DNA of 37,612 nt, taken from NCBI GenBank assembly GCA_963422205.2, contig CAXMWX010000004.1, forward strand, positions 1 to 37,612, written 5' to 3'. Of the stretch, positions 1 to 12,389 are shown one piece after another (position 1 is the stretch's first letter; each line of letters starts with the position of its first letter). A model generated the notes under the pieces. That model worked only from the letters and a program-made list of their open reading frames with translations. It searched no databases and was not told where the DNA came from. The stretch is from Gammaproteobacteria bacterium. Lineage in GTDB: Bacteria > Pseudomonadota > Gammaproteobacteria > Eutrophobiales > Eutrophobiaceae. The position numbers were made by a program, and so were the translations under genes.

Positions 1-176
1 CCGGGCGGGCGGCCTCCATCCTGCCGACGGCGTTCACGATCACCGCGCAAAAACCCCCCAAGGCCGCCGTGATTTATGCCCGTTCAACCGATGCCGGTGC
101 CCCGGCGCGTTGCTGATGCCAATGCCGGAAGAAAACCCGCCATGCCAAGTCCCAGTCCGACTATGAAGGCCCGGTT

Positions 177-1178
177 GTGAAGGCATGGTTCGCAGCGCTG
201 GTGCTGTTCAGCTGGTCTGCAACCGCCAGCCTGTATGCCGGGCCGGCAGCGGATGGTCAATCCAGCCATCGTATGTCAGGCGATTCCGCTGCTGATGTGC
301 TGGCCGGGTTTTCTGCCGAGGCGAGGGCGCTGTTGGCACAGGAGATATTCTCTCCGGCATTTGAGGGAGTGGTGAGTGCCGGACGGGTGGCTGCATTGCT
401 GCATCTGCACCAGGCGGGGCTGGATTCCATACAGGAGGTGATGCGGCGGCTATTGCCGGTGGCAAGTGGCTATGCCCTGGCACCCATTTCCGATTTTCAT
501 GTCGGTGCCATCGCCCAGGGGGCGAGCGGTGCCTTGTATCTGGGGGCCAATCTGGAGATCAGGCACAGCGCGCTGGGCTTTGCCGTACATGCCGAGCAGT
601 CGGCCATCAATAATGCGGTACTGCACGGCGAGCGCACTATAACCCGCCTGGCGGTCACGGCGGCACCTTGCGGGCATTGTCGGCAGTTTATGAATGAGTT
701 GGATACGGCAAGTGAGCTGGAGATCATCGTCCGTGATGAGCCGCCGGTCAGCTTGAGCCGGTTACTGCCCCGCGCTTTCAGTCCGCGTGATCTTGGCCTT
801 GCGCGTGGCCTGCTTGCCGCCCGGACGCCAGCCCGGCAGTGCCGCACCTGGCGGGATGACAGGCTCGCCTGTCAGGGGATTGCGGCCATCAGACACAGCT
901 ATGCACCGCATTCACTGTCGCCGGCCACGATCACTGTGCGTACGGATGAGGCGACTGTCGTGGGGGCCTATATTGAAAATGCGGCTTATAATCCCAGCCT
1001 GCCACCGCTACAGTCGGCGCTCGATCGGCTGCGTTTTAAGCAACGAGGCATCTCTGGTATCACCGAGGTGGTGCTGGTAGAGATGGCGGCGGCAAAAATC
1101 AGCCAGCGCCATTATACCCAGGCCGTGCTGGCGGCCATTGCCCCGGCCGCCAATTTCAGGGTAGTCACCCTTAAATAA
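177..1178 (+). CDS. cdd: Cytidine deaminase (two-domain, E. coli type); start may be GTG 177 or ATG 273
   Basis: Zn motifs HAEQSA and PCGHCRQFMNEL; APISDFHVGA; second-domain ENAAYNPSLPPLQ; next to a nucleoside transporter. Confidence 0.93.
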   Translation: MKAWFAALVLFSWSATASLYAGPAADGQSSHRMSGDSAADVLAGFSAEARALLAQEIFSPAFEGVVSAGRVAALLHLHQAGLDSIQEVMRRLLPVASGYALAPISDFHVGAIAQGASGALYLGANLEIRHSALGFAVHAEQSAINNAVLHGERTITRLAVTAAPCGHCRQFMNELDTASELEIIVRDEPPVSLSRLLPRAFSPRDLGLARGLLAARTPARQCRTWRDDRLACQGIAAIRHSYAPHSLSPATITVRTDEATVVGAYIENAAYNPSLPPLQSALDRLRFKQRGISGITEVVLVEMAAAKISQRHYTQAVLAAIAPAANFRVVTLK

Positions 1179-1207
1179 CAGCCGCCGGGGCCGGGGAGTA
1201 CACAAAG

Positions 1208-2428
1208 ATGGGGCATTATATCGGTATCCTTGGTGTGGTTGCCATTTTGTCCGTGGCATACGGGTTTTCAGATAACCGCCAGGCGATACATCTTCGCACC
1301 GTCATCAGTGCGTTTTTGTTACAGGCCGGGTTTGCGTTTTTAATCCTGTACGTACCGCTCGGCAAGGCGGCCCTGGCCTGGCTTTCGCAGGCCGTGCAGT
1401 TTGTTATCAGCTTCTCCGATGCCGGTATCACCTTCCTGTTTGGTGAGATGGCGAATGTGGACAAGATGGGTTTTGTCTTTGCCGTTAAGGTGTTGCCGAT
1501 TATCGTGTTTTTCTCTTCACTGATGTCGGTGTTGTATTACCTGCATATCATGCAGTGGGTCATTCGCACGATCGGCGGCCTTTTGCGCTACATCACCGGC
1601 ACCCAGCGGGTGGAAGCCTTAAATGCCGCCGCCAATATCTTTGTCGGGCAGACCGATGCACCGCTGGTTGTCCGGCCTTATATCAGCAGCATCAGCAAGT
1701 TTCAGCTATACACCATCATGGTCTCCGGCACGGCATCGATATCCGGATCATTACTGACCGGTTATGCCAGCATGGGGATCAGCCTGGAGTATCTGCTGGC
1801 GGCCAGTTTCATGTCGGCCCCCGGCGGCTTGTTGATGGCCAAGCTGATGATGCCCGATCCCAACCGCACCGAAGAGCCATTAGTGGAGGCAAAACTCGCT
1901 GCCAGTGATGCGCCGGGCAACATCATCGCCGCCGTAGCAGAGGGGGCGATGAAGGGGTTGACACTGGCTGTCAGCATAGGCGCCATGTTGATCGCCTTTG
2001 TCTCTTTGATCGCCCTGTTAAACGGCTTGTCAGGGCTTATCTTCGGGCTTGTTAATATTCAGGGCGTCACCTTTGAAGTGATCCTCGGTTATCTCTTCTC
2101 ACCGTTTGTCTACCTGATGGGAGTCCCGGCGGAAGAGATGCTGCTCGCCGGCAACCTCATCGGCCAGAAATTCATCCTCAATGAGTTTGTTGCCTATGTG
2201 AATTTTATCGAGGTTCAGGATCAGTTAAGCCCGCACAGCCAGGCGATCCTGACTTTCGCCCTGTGCGGTTTTGCCAACCTGTCATCGATTGCCGTGTTGA
2301 TAGGCGGCCTTGGCAGTATTGCCCCTGACCGTCGTCATGATGTGGCGAGCATGGGTTTGAAGGCGGTCCTGGCCGGTACCCTGTCAAACCTGATGAGCGC
2401 CTGTCTGGCCGGTCTGATGCTGGCCTGA
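1208..2428 (+). CDS. nupC: NupC/CNT-family concentrative nucleoside transporter
   Basis: Hydrophobic 406 aa; AANIFVGQTDAPL, ASFMSAPGGLLMAK, KFILNEFVAY, FALCGFANLSSI motifs; GGGGAG RBS upstream. Confidence 0.92.
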   Translation: MGHYIGILGVVAILSVAYGFSDNRQAIHLRTVISAFLLQAGFAFLILYVPLGKAALAWLSQAVQFVISFSDAGITFLFGEMANVDKMGFVFAVKVLPIIVFFSSLMSVLYYLHIMQWVIRTIGGLLRYITGTQRVEALNAAANIFVGQTDAPLVVRPYISSISKFQLYTIMVSGTASISGSLLTGYASMGISLEYLLAASFMSAPGGLLMAKLMMPDPNRTEEPLVEAKLAASDAPGNIIAAVAEGAMKGLTLAVSIGAMLIAFVSLIALLNGLSGLIFGLVNIQGVTFEVILGYLFSPFVYLMGVPAEEMLLAGNLIGQKFILNEFVAYVNFIEVQDQLSPHSQAILTFALCGFANLSSIAVLIGGLGSIAPDRRHDVASMGLKAVLAGTLSNLMSACLAGLMLA

Positions 2429-2443
2429 ATTTGCCAGTCTGCT

Positions 2444-3697
2444 GTGGTGGGTGATTTTCAATTCCAGCCTTACAGCGATGCCTTTGCCCGGGCGCCTTAC
2501 GCTGTCTATAAGGTGATGCGTGAGCGGCATCCAATCTATTATCATGCGCCCTGGGATACCTGGATATTCAGCCGATATGCCGATATCAAAACCCTGGTGA
2601 TGGATGAGCGACTGGGGCGGGTGATGGATCATGTCAGTACCGAGGCTGAAGTTCGGTGCTTTAAGGCAAAACATCACTGGTCAGCGGCGCCCATGCACAG
2701 TCGATACGTTAAATTCTCCATCCTCGACAGCGAAGGGGTTGTGCATGAGCGACTGCGGCGTTCGGTATTTGCGCTGTTCACCGCACAAGGCGTGGCCGGG
2801 CTGCATGATACGATTAAAGCGATAGTTGACCATCAGCTTGAGCGGATCGAATCGTGCGATGAAATTGATTTTATCGAAGACTTTATTGCCCCTGTGCCGG
2901 GCCTTGTGATCGGTGCGGTGATTGGTGTGCCGGCAGAAGAGCGTCCACAGCTTCGGCACTGGTCGGAGCGCATTGTGCAGTTCTTTGAACCGGAGAGAAC
3001 GGCGGCACACCGGGAGCTGGCAGAGCAGGCAACGATCGACTTCGTCAGCTATCTTGAGGGCTTGATAGCGAAGCGGCGGCAGAAGCCGGCAGCTGATCTG
3101 CTCTCGGCCATGATCGCCTGGCGGGATGCAGCGGGCGGCTTGACCGAGGTGGAGTTGATCTCCACCGTGATGACCATTTTAATGGCCGGGCATGGCTCTA
3201 CCATTGATGCCTCGGCCAACGGTATGCTGGCACTGCTGCAACATCCGCAACAGATGCAGGCACTGCGTGATGATCCGGGTTTGATAGCGACTGCGGTGCC
3301 GGAGATGTTGCGTTATGATGCCCCACTGCCTTACTTTCATCGCTATGTTCTGCAGGATATGGAATACCGGGGCAGGCAATTTAAAAAGGGCATGACCCTG
3401 GGGTTTTTGTATGCTTCCGCTAACCGGGATGCACATTATTTTACAGCAGCGGATCACTTCGACATCCGGCGTCATCCAAACCGGCATCTGGCCTTTGGCG
3501 GCGGCGTTCATCATTGTCTGGGCAACCAGCTGGCCCGGCTGAATATGACGATCATTTTCACTCGGTTGTTGCAAAAATTTCCCATGCTGGAATTAAATGC
3601 AGCGGCCAGCGATCTGCATTATCATCCGGGTTGTGCACGGCGCGGATTGCTGGCCCTGCCCGTGCGCCTGACAGCATATATTCATCGGCAGAATTAA
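2444..3697 (+). CDS. Cytochrome P450
   Basis: Heme-binding [13 protein letters not shown], ExxR (EMLR), I-helix AGHGST, ASANRD. Confidence 0.95.
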   Translation: MVGDFQFQPYSDAFARAPYAVYKVMRERHPIYYHAPWDTWIFSRYADIKTLVMDERLGRVMDHVSTEAEVRCFKAKHHWSAAPMHSRYVKFSILDSEGVVHERLRRSVFALFTAQGVAGLHDTIKAIVDHQLERIESCDEIDFIEDFIAPVPGLVIGAVIGVPAEERPQLRHWSERIVQFFEPERTAAHRELAEQATIDFVSYLEGLIAKRRQKPAADLLSAMIAWRDAAGGLTEVELISTVMTILMAGHGSTIDASANGMLALLQHPQQMQALRDDPGLIATAVPEMLRYDAPLPYFHRYVLQDMEYRGRQFKKGMTLGFLYASANRDAHYFTAADHFDIRRHPNRHLAFGGGVHHCLGNQLARLNMTIIFTRLLQKFPMLELNAAASDLHYHPGCARRGLLALPVRLTAYIHRQN

Positions 3698-4344
3698 TGA
3701 GCACGTTTGACATACCCGATACGGTGCATCTGGTTGAGCATCCGCTGATTCAACACAAGCTGACGCAGATGCGCCGGTACGATAAATCGGCCAGTGCGTT
3801 TCGGCTGCTGCTAAAAGAGATCAGCCTGCTGCTGGGATATGAAGCGACCCGTGACATGCCCCTGGCAAAGATGGCGATCAAAACACCGCTGGCCAGCATG
3901 AACTCGCCGGTGCTGGCAGGCAAGAAAATGTGCCTGTTTTCTATCCTTAGGGCGGGCGATGGCCTGTTGCAGGGGCTGCTGGAACTGGTGCCATCGGCAC
4001 GTGTAGGTCATGTGGGGCTGTACCGTGATCCGAGCACCTTAGAAGCGGTTGAGTATTATTTCAAGGCGCCCGGCCAACTGGCCGAGCGTTTCTCGCTGGT
4101 GGTCGATCCCATGCTGGCAACCGGTCATTCTGCCGTGGCCGCCATCACTTGCATCAAACAGGCCGGCGCAAAAGATATTCGTTTTATCTGTCTGCTGGCC
4201 GCCCCGGAAGGGATCCGGGCACTGACCGGAGCGCATCCCGATGTGCAGATTTACACCCCGGCGATTGATCAGGGCTTGAACGCCAACGGCTACATCGTCC
4301 CGGGGCTGGGGGATGCGGGCGATCGTTTGTTTGGTACGAAATGA
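3697..4344 (+). CDS. upp: Uracil phosphoribosyltransferase
   Basis: [26 protein letters not shown] loop [27 protein letters not shown]; ATG 3697 overlaps the P450 stop (TAATG). Confidence 0.96.
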   Translation: MSTFDIPDTVHLVEHPLIQHKLTQMRRYDKSASAFRLLLKEISLLLGYEATRDMPLAKMAIKTPLASMNSPVLAGKKMCLFSILRAGDGLLQGLLELVPSARVGHVGLYRDPSTLEAVEYYFKAPGQLAERFSLVVDPMLATGHSAVAAITCIKQAGAKDIRFICLLAAPEGIRALTGAHPDVQIYTPAIDQGLNANGYIVPGLGDAGDRLFGTK

Positions 4345-4422
4345 AAATCGCCTGTCTGTTATGGCCGTGCGGGCCTGTTGCCATGATGGCCGGGGTGGAT
4401 GCGGGCTGTGTTCGGCAGGGCT

Positions 4423-5286
4423 TTATGGCGTGTCCAGAAATCGGGACAGGGCCTCGGCATAGGGCAGCGAGGGTTGCGCCCCCGCCGTGGTGGCCGTCAG
4501 GGCGCCAACGATACAGGCCGTATCCAGCGCCGCCTGTGGGCGCTCGCCAGAGACCAGGGCGAAGGTCAGCGCCGCCGTAAACGCATCACCGCAAGCCGTT
4601 GTGTCAACCGCTTTCACCCGGGGCGGGGTGGAGCGGGCAATCTCCTTGCCTGACTGCATGATAACGGCGCCTTCGCTGCCATAGCTGATGGCAAGCAGGC
4701 CGGTGAAGCCGGTCAGTTCGTTTTGCAGGCTCTTGGCTTCAATGTCATTTACGACCAGCAAGTCGGTCTCGGCGATCAGCTCAGCCGGCAGGCGGCTTGC
4801 CGGTGCGGCATTGAGACAGAAAAACGAGTCGCATTGCCGAGCGGCGGCCACCACCGTGTCCAGCGGCACTTCCAGCTGGCAGATCACGGCATCGGCGCTG
4901 CCGGGTTTGAGCATGGCCGGTGTCAGACAGGCATTGGCGCCAGCGCTGACAACGATTTGATTCTCGCCAGAGGCCGCCACCAGAATAAGGGCGGTGCCGG
5001 TCGCCTGGGTAGCATCAACATGGCACTGGGCAAGATCAACGCCATCTTGTTTGAGTAATGTCAGTGCCTCTTCGGCAAGGCCATCGCTGCCGACACAGGC
5101 GATCAGCGAAACCACAGCACCAAGCCGTTGCGCCGCCAGCGCCTGATTGGCCCCTTTGCCCCCGGGGTGGCGCGCCATGCTGGCGCCGAGCAGGGTCTCC
5201 CCGGGTGCTGGCAGCGCAGGCACCGTGGCGACAATATCCAGATTCACCGAGCCGACCACATGGATGTTTATCGGCTGGGCAGGCAT
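4423..5286 (-). CDS. rbsK: Ribokinase (PfkB family)
   Basis: VVGSVNLD, PGGKGANQALAA, GENQIVVSAGAN, QLEVP, VDTTACGDAF. Confidence 0.9.
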   Translation of the reverse strand: MPAQPINIHVVGSVNLDIVATVPALPAPGETLLGASMARHPGGKGANQALAAQRLGAVVSLIACVGSDGLAEEALTLLKQDGVDLAQCHVDATQATGTALILVAASGENQIVVSAGANACLTPAMLKPGSADAVICQLEVPLDTVVAAARQCDSFFCLNAAPASRLPAELIAETDLLVVNDIEAKSLQNELTGFTGLLAISYGSEGAVIMQSGKEIARSTPPRVKAVDTTACGDAFTAALTFALVSGERPQAALDTACIVGALTATTAGAQPSLPYAEALSRFLDTP

Positions 5287-5307
5287 GAGAGAATCCGCAG
5301 CAGGCAG

Positions 5308-6246
5308 TCAGTGATAGCGGGATAAGCGTGCAATCAGCAGATCATAAAAACCCTCCGCATCGATCGCATATAACCAGTTGGTCGTTTTGGGTTTGTCTGT
5401 GACGTGCCAGAAGTCGACCGCCGTATGGCCACATGTCAATGCCGAGTGGGTCTCAACAGTCACATTACACCGCTTGCCTTTGAATAGCTCGGGCTTTAGC
5501 AGGTAGGCGATGGTGCAGGGATCGTGCAGGGGGCCACCATCGAGGCCATATTTTTGCTTATCGAAACGATTGTAGAACGCCAGCATGGCAACGGTTGCCC
5601 TGGCCACGTCTGAATCCAGTACCCGCAGCCGATCAAGTTCACGTTCGGTGATCAATGCCTGATGGGTGACATCCAGGCTGACGGCGGTGATCGGGCAGCC
5701 CGAGGCAAACACGGCTTGCGCCGCCCTGGCATCGACAAAGATATTGAACTCCGCCGAGGGCGTGATATTGCCGCCTTCACGCATGGCACCGCCCATTAAC
5801 ACGATGTGTTTAATCCTCTCCAGGATGGCAGGTTCCCGCTGCATGGCCGAGGCAATGTTGGTCAGCGGGCCGGTGGGTACCAGGGTGATGGGGGCTTTGC
5901 TGTCCAGCAGAAACTCGATAATAAAATCGACCGCATGTGTTGTTTGCAGCGGTGTTGTCGGGTCGTGGATATCCAGCCCGTCAATCCCGGTTTGCCCATG
6001 GACATGCTCGGCTGTGACCAATTCGCATGCCAGCGGTTTCTTACAACCCGCATAGACGGGTGTATCGCTCTGCCCGGCCAGGTCACAGATAATGCGGGCA
6101 TTGCGCTGGGTTTGTTGCAGATCAACATTGCCGGCCACCGTGGTAATGCCAGCGACATGCAGCTCATCCGGGGAGGCGAGCGCCAAGAATAACATGACGG
6201 CATCATCTTGGCCGGGGTCGCAATCAATGATTATCGTCTCAGGCAT
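5308..6246 (-). CDS. Nucleoside hydrolase (IU-NH/Rih family)
   Basis: DCDPGQDD Ca-binding motif, TGPLTNIA, GNITPSAEFNI, LHDPC. Confidence 0.93.
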   Translation of the reverse strand: MPETIIIDCDPGQDDAVMLFLALASPDELHVAGITTVAGNVDLQQTQRNARIICDLAGQSDTPVYAGCKKPLACELVTAEHVHGQTGIDGLDIHDPTTPLQTTHAVDFIIEFLLDSKAPITLVPTGPLTNIASAMQREPAILERIKHIVLMGGAMREGGNITPSAEFNIFVDARAAQAVFASGCPITAVSLDVTHQALITERELDRLRVLDSDVARATVAMLAFYNRFDKQKYGLDGGPLHDPCTIAYLLKPELFKGKRCNVTVETHSALTCGHTAVDFWHVTDKPKTTNWLYAIDAEGFYDLLIARLSRYH

Positions 6247-6385
6247 ACCGCATCATACCCTGCTGGCGGTGTGCCTGTCATGTTGCTGCATGGGGGTGAG
6301 TTAGGGGCTGTCGGTCTTTAAGTACGGGCGGCGGCAGGCCGGGCTGGTAGCTGCCTTGTTATGATCACCAGGGGCCGGGAAAACA

Positions 6386-7036
6386 TTACTCGAATATGCC
6401 GTGCAGGAGGATTTTTTTGACATTCTTTTTCACCTGCATATAAAACCTCTCATCCTCAATGGTCTTGTGTGTGACACAGGCTATCTGGGCGGAGAAATCG
6501 GCATAGTGCTGCGTGGTCGTCCAGATCATGAAAAGAAAATGCTCGGCATCAAACCGGCTGATCTTGCCTTGTCTCATCCAGGTACGTAATACGCGGGATT
6601 TTCGCTTCACCGTGGCCTGAAGATCCGTCTCCAGCAAGGGCTTTAGCACAGGTGCACCGCCGATGATCTCATTCGCCCAGACTTTCGAGGCCAGCGGGTA
6701 GCGGCGTGAATGTTCGATTTTCTGATCGATATAATGGCTTAATTCTTTTTCCGGGTCCTGCCCAACATCCAGCCCTCGCAGGGGTTCCAGCCAGATATCA
6801 TAGATGCGGCGCAGGACGTGGCGGTACAGGGCATCCTTGGAGTTAAAGTAATACAGCAGGTTTGGCTTGGACATGTCGGCTTTGCTGGCGATTTGATCGA
6901 GCGTTGCGCCACGATAGCCGTAATGGGCAAATACCTCGGTGGCCGCCTCCATGATTTTCTTCTCATTGATGGCCTGGATGCGGGTTTTTTTTGCTTTGTT
7001 ATCCAGCGCTTGGGCGTCTCTGTCAGTGGGCAGCAT
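6386..7036 (-). CDS. rutR: TetR-family regulator, RutR type (likely start ATG 7036; ORF extends to 7087)
   Basis: HTH ATLDQIASKADMSKPNLLYYF; WLEPL, WANEIIGGAP, IWTTTQHYADF typical of RutR; divergent from pyrimidine catabolic genes. Confidence 0.85.
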   Translation of the reverse strand: MLPTDRDAQALDNKAKKTRIQAINEKKIMEAATEVFAHYGYRGATLDQIASKADMSKPNLLYYFNSKDALYRHVLRRIYDIWLEPLRGLDVGQDPEKELSHYIDQKIEHSRRYPLASKVWANEIIGGAPVLKPLLETDLQATVKRKSRVLRTWMRQGKISRFDAEHFLFMIWTTTQHYADFSAQIACVTHKTIEDERFYMQVKKNVKKILLHGIFE

Positions 7037-7169
7037 GGGGGGTGTTTTTATTATGTTTAAGCACATGAAGCCAGGGTTTGCACTCACGTCATGGATAATT
7101 TCTCTGGCATCTTTGCGATTTTTTTTATCGCCAGGCTATCTTAACATCATTTTTGTGCTAAACTGCAAT

Positions 7170-7185
7170 TTGAACACTTGGTCAA
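7170..7185. promoter_or_regulatory. RutR operator-like palindrome TTGAACActTGGTCAA
   Basis: One mismatch to the RutR consensus TTGACCAnnTGGTCAA; lies in the AT-rich gap between rutR and the nitrilase-hydA operon. Confidence 0.8.
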
Positions 7186-7253
7186 TAAATTGTTGGTGAA
7201 TAAATTGATATGATCTCCACCACCAAGACAACAAACAGCACAGAGAAATTTAC

Positions 7254-9592
<2,339 letters not shown>

Positions 9593-9660
9593 ACAGCAGA
9601 TGCCGGGGGAGATGATCTGCATCAAGGGCCCGGCGCATTGCAGATGTCACTGATTTTTTT

Positions 9661-9695
9661 TAAATCTTAAATTTTAAATCTTAAACCTTAAATTA
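9661..9695 (+). repeat. Five tandem imperfect heptamers (TAAATCT, TAAATTT, TAAATCT, TAAACCT, TAAATTA) just before the TonB receptor RBS
   Basis: Read directly; a T8 run at 9654-9661 leads into them and AAGGGG follows. Confidence 0.8.
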
Positions 9696-9707
9696 AGGGG
9701 ATTGAAA

Positions 9708-12014
9708 ATGCCAAGAGCGATTATTATAGCGTGTATGTGTTGTTTTGCCGCGGCCGTGCCAGCGCAGAGCCTGCTGGAGGAGATTGTCGTTACCGCACAA
9801 AAACGTGAGCAGAGTATTAATGATGTGGGGATTGCCGTCAGCGCCTTCAGCGGCGAACAGATGGACGCCCTCGGTTTTGAATCCAGCACCGATCTGATCG
9901 CCTATACCCCCGGCGTCTCCCTGGCCGGCGATATAGGCGGGCAACGGGCCATCTTTAATATTCGCGGCGTGGTGCAAAATGATTATGGCGATCTCGCAGA
10001 AGCACCGGTGGCCGTTTATGTGGATGGGGGCTACTTGGCGAGCACCCAGGCGCAGACCTTTGGCCTGTATGATGTAGAGCGCATAGAAATACTGAAAGGC
10101 CCGCAGGGCACCTTGTTTGGCCGCAATGCCACTGGCGGCCTGGTCAATACCATCACCGCAAAACCCACCGAGGAGTATACCGGCTATGTGGAGTTTACCG
10201 CCGCCCGGTTTGAACAATACCGGGTGGAGGCGGCGCTCTCCGGGCCCTTGTCCGATACCCTCCGGGGTCGGCTGTCATTGCTCAGCAACCAGCAGGGGGA
10301 TATCCTGGAAAATATCTATGTCGATGGGGCGGCCCCTGATACCCGCCTCGGCTCGCCCGGCGGCGGAGAGGATGGCTACAATGATGGCACCCTGGCCTTG
10401 AGGGCGCAGTTGGATATGGATATAGGGCAGGACGGCGGGCTGTTGCTGAGCGCCAACTGGGCCGATACCACCAAGAGCGAGGGCCCCTATCAGGTGATCA
10501 ATACCACGCAGATACTCGATGCGAACGATGGCGTGATTGATGTGATCTATGCCGCCGATGATCCCATGCGCTGCGATAATATCAAGCTCGGCGCCTGTGT
10601 CGATGGGAACTTCAATGGTGATCCACGGCGTCCGGTGCAGGGCGGCGACTTTAACGGCAATTTTGATCCCGATGGCAGCGGCGATCAGGTCAACAAGGAT
10701 TTTGCCTTTGATGATCAGAACAAGATCGAATCCTGGGGCCTGGCGGCTACCCTGGATTACGACTTTGGTGCGGTTCAGCTTATCTCCATCACAGACTACA
10801 AGCGGTTTGATCGCCTGATCGGGCTGGATTCCGATCAGACGGCTTCCCCGGAACTGATCTTCCAGTCCGATGGCGAGATCAAACAGTTCAGCCAGGAGTT
10901 GCGCCTGTCTGCGACCAGCGATGTGATCAACTGGGTGGCGGGCCTATACTACCTCAGCATTGACACCGACTGGATTCAGGGGCTGGCCGCCTCGCCCACG
11001 GCCGGCTTTCTTGCGCGTGAAGAGGATAATACCGTCACCGATACCGACACCGATTCCTATTCCTTCTTTGCCCAGGTGGATTATGCCCTGCGTGATGATC
11101 TGGTGCTGGTGGCCGGCCTGCGCTACGTCAGGGAAAATAAAACATTCAGGGGGTTGAGCTACCGGAATGCCAACCGCAACGATCGTCTGGTGGAGATTGA
11201 TTTTTCTACGCCCATTCTTGAACAGGCAGACACCAGCAATGATCAGAATTTATGGTCTGCCAAGCTCCAGCTTGAGTATGCGCCAACGGCGGACAGCCTG
11301 TTCTATTTTGGCGTCAACCGGGGCGTGAAGGCGGGCAGCTTCAATGCGCCCCTGCTGGCGTCGATGGCCGGTTTCTCCAGCTATAAACCGGAGGTGTTGT
11401 ATGCCTATGAAGGCGGCGCCAAGCTGACGCTGCTGGCCGGAAGAGCGCAACTTAACGCCAGCCTCTACCATTATGACTACAAGAATTTTCAGTCCTTCGC
11501 CTGGGTGAATAATGCCGGGGTGGTGTTCAATGAACAGGCCAAATTCACTGGCGGGGAGATTGAACTGTTTACCAGCCCCACCCGTGCCCTCGATTTTGTG
11601 TTGGGCTTGTCTTACATTGATGCGGTGGTGGAAGACCTCGAAGTGGCGGCCGGCGTGTTCAGAGACACCACACCGTCATTCACGCCGGAGTTCCAGGCAT
11701 CCGGGCTGTTGCGTTATAACCGGGAGTTCATGAATGGTACGCTGTCAGCGCAGATCAATGCCAGTTATCAGTCCGATACCTTCCATAATTCGCGTAATTT
11801 CACCGCCCATAAGATTCAGGATCATGTCATCGCAGATGCCCGCCTGACCTGGACCGATGCCGCCGACAAATGGGATGTGATTTTCTTTATTGATAATCTG
11901 AACGATTCCGAACACGGCATTATCGGCTTTGATGTGTCCGGTTTCTACGGCACCACGCAGCTCTCCTACGCCCGGCCCCGCACCTTTGGCGGCACTATCC
12001 GACGGCGATTTTAA
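9708..12014 (+). CDS. TonB-dependent outer-membrane receptor
   Basis: Signal peptide, TonB box EEIVVTAQKREQS, plug motif ERIEILKGPQGTLFGRNATGG, C-terminal Phe. Confidence 0.95.
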   Translation: MPRAIIIACMCCFAAAVPAQSLLEEIVVTAQKREQSINDVGIAVSAFSGEQMDALGFESSTDLIAYTPGVSLAGDIGGQRAIFNIRGVVQNDYGDLAEAPVAVYVDGGYLASTQAQTFGLYDVERIEILKGPQGTLFGRNATGGLVNTITAKPTEEYTGYVEFTAARFEQYRVEAALSGPLSDTLRGRLSLLSNQQGDILENIYVDGAAPDTRLGSPGGGEDGYNDGTLALRAQLDMDIGQDGGLLLSANWADTTKSEGPYQVINTTQILDANDGVIDVIYAADDPMRCDNIKLGACVDGNFNGDPRRPVQGGDFNGNFDPDGSGDQVNKDFAFDDQNKIESWGLAATLDYDFGAVQLISITDYKRFDRLIGLDSDQTASPELIFQSDGEIKQFSQELRLSATSDVINWVAGLYYLSIDTDWIQGLAASPTAGFLAREEDNTVTDTDTDSYSFFAQVDYALRDDLVLVAGLRYVRENKTFRGLSYRNANRNDRLVEIDFSTPILEQADTSNDQNLWSAKLQLEYAPTADSLFYFGVNRGVKAGSFNAPLLASMAGFSSYKPEVLYAYEGGAKLTLLAGRAQLNASLYHYDYKNFQSFAWVNNAGVVFNEQAKFTGGEIELFTSPTRALDFVLGLSYIDAVVEDLEVAAGVFRDTTPSFTPEFQASGLLRYNREFMNGTLSAQINASYQSDTFHNSRNFTAHKIQDHVIADARLTWTDAADKWDVIFFIDNLNDSEHGIIGFDVSGFYGTTQLSYARPRTFGGTIRRRF

Positions 12015-12389
12015 CCCTGAAATCGGCAGCGCCCCGGCGCTGTTGACGCCACTCATTGACCGCCCTGCCGGGGTGATGCCAGCTGTACCCCCATTCGGTA
12101 CGGCGGGCGGCGATGTTGATCACAGGCGGTGCGGCTTACAGTTAAGCGCAGTGATAAATCGATCGCCCGTGATGCTGGCAACCGCGTACCGGGCGCACCG
12201 CTGATGACCGCCCTGAGAGGCACGCATGTCCCAAGGCATCAATGTACTGGGGCATCAATGTGCCGGGGCATGCGTTGGCATAACATCAATGCCAGTGCCC
12301 TGGCCTCCTTTTCTGCTCATCGGCCGTCTGCTATAGTAAGGGGCGATTGCTGTTACCCGACTTCAAGCCCGTATGATGATGTTAACCCC

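Noticed and set aside
3514-3696. 61-aa N-terminal extension of Upp in the ORF track
   Set aside because: It overlaps the P450 heme-binding region; ATG 3697 coupled to the P450 stop gives a normal-length Upp
7100-7125. Sigma54 promoter at TGGCATCTTTGC upstream of the nitrilase gene
   Set aside because: The GG-to-GC spacing is shorter than the required 10 nt
9661-9695. CRISPR or iteron interpretation of the short repeats (also 15624-15652)
   Set aside because: Units are 7-13 bp, contiguous, with no spacers and no cas or rep genes
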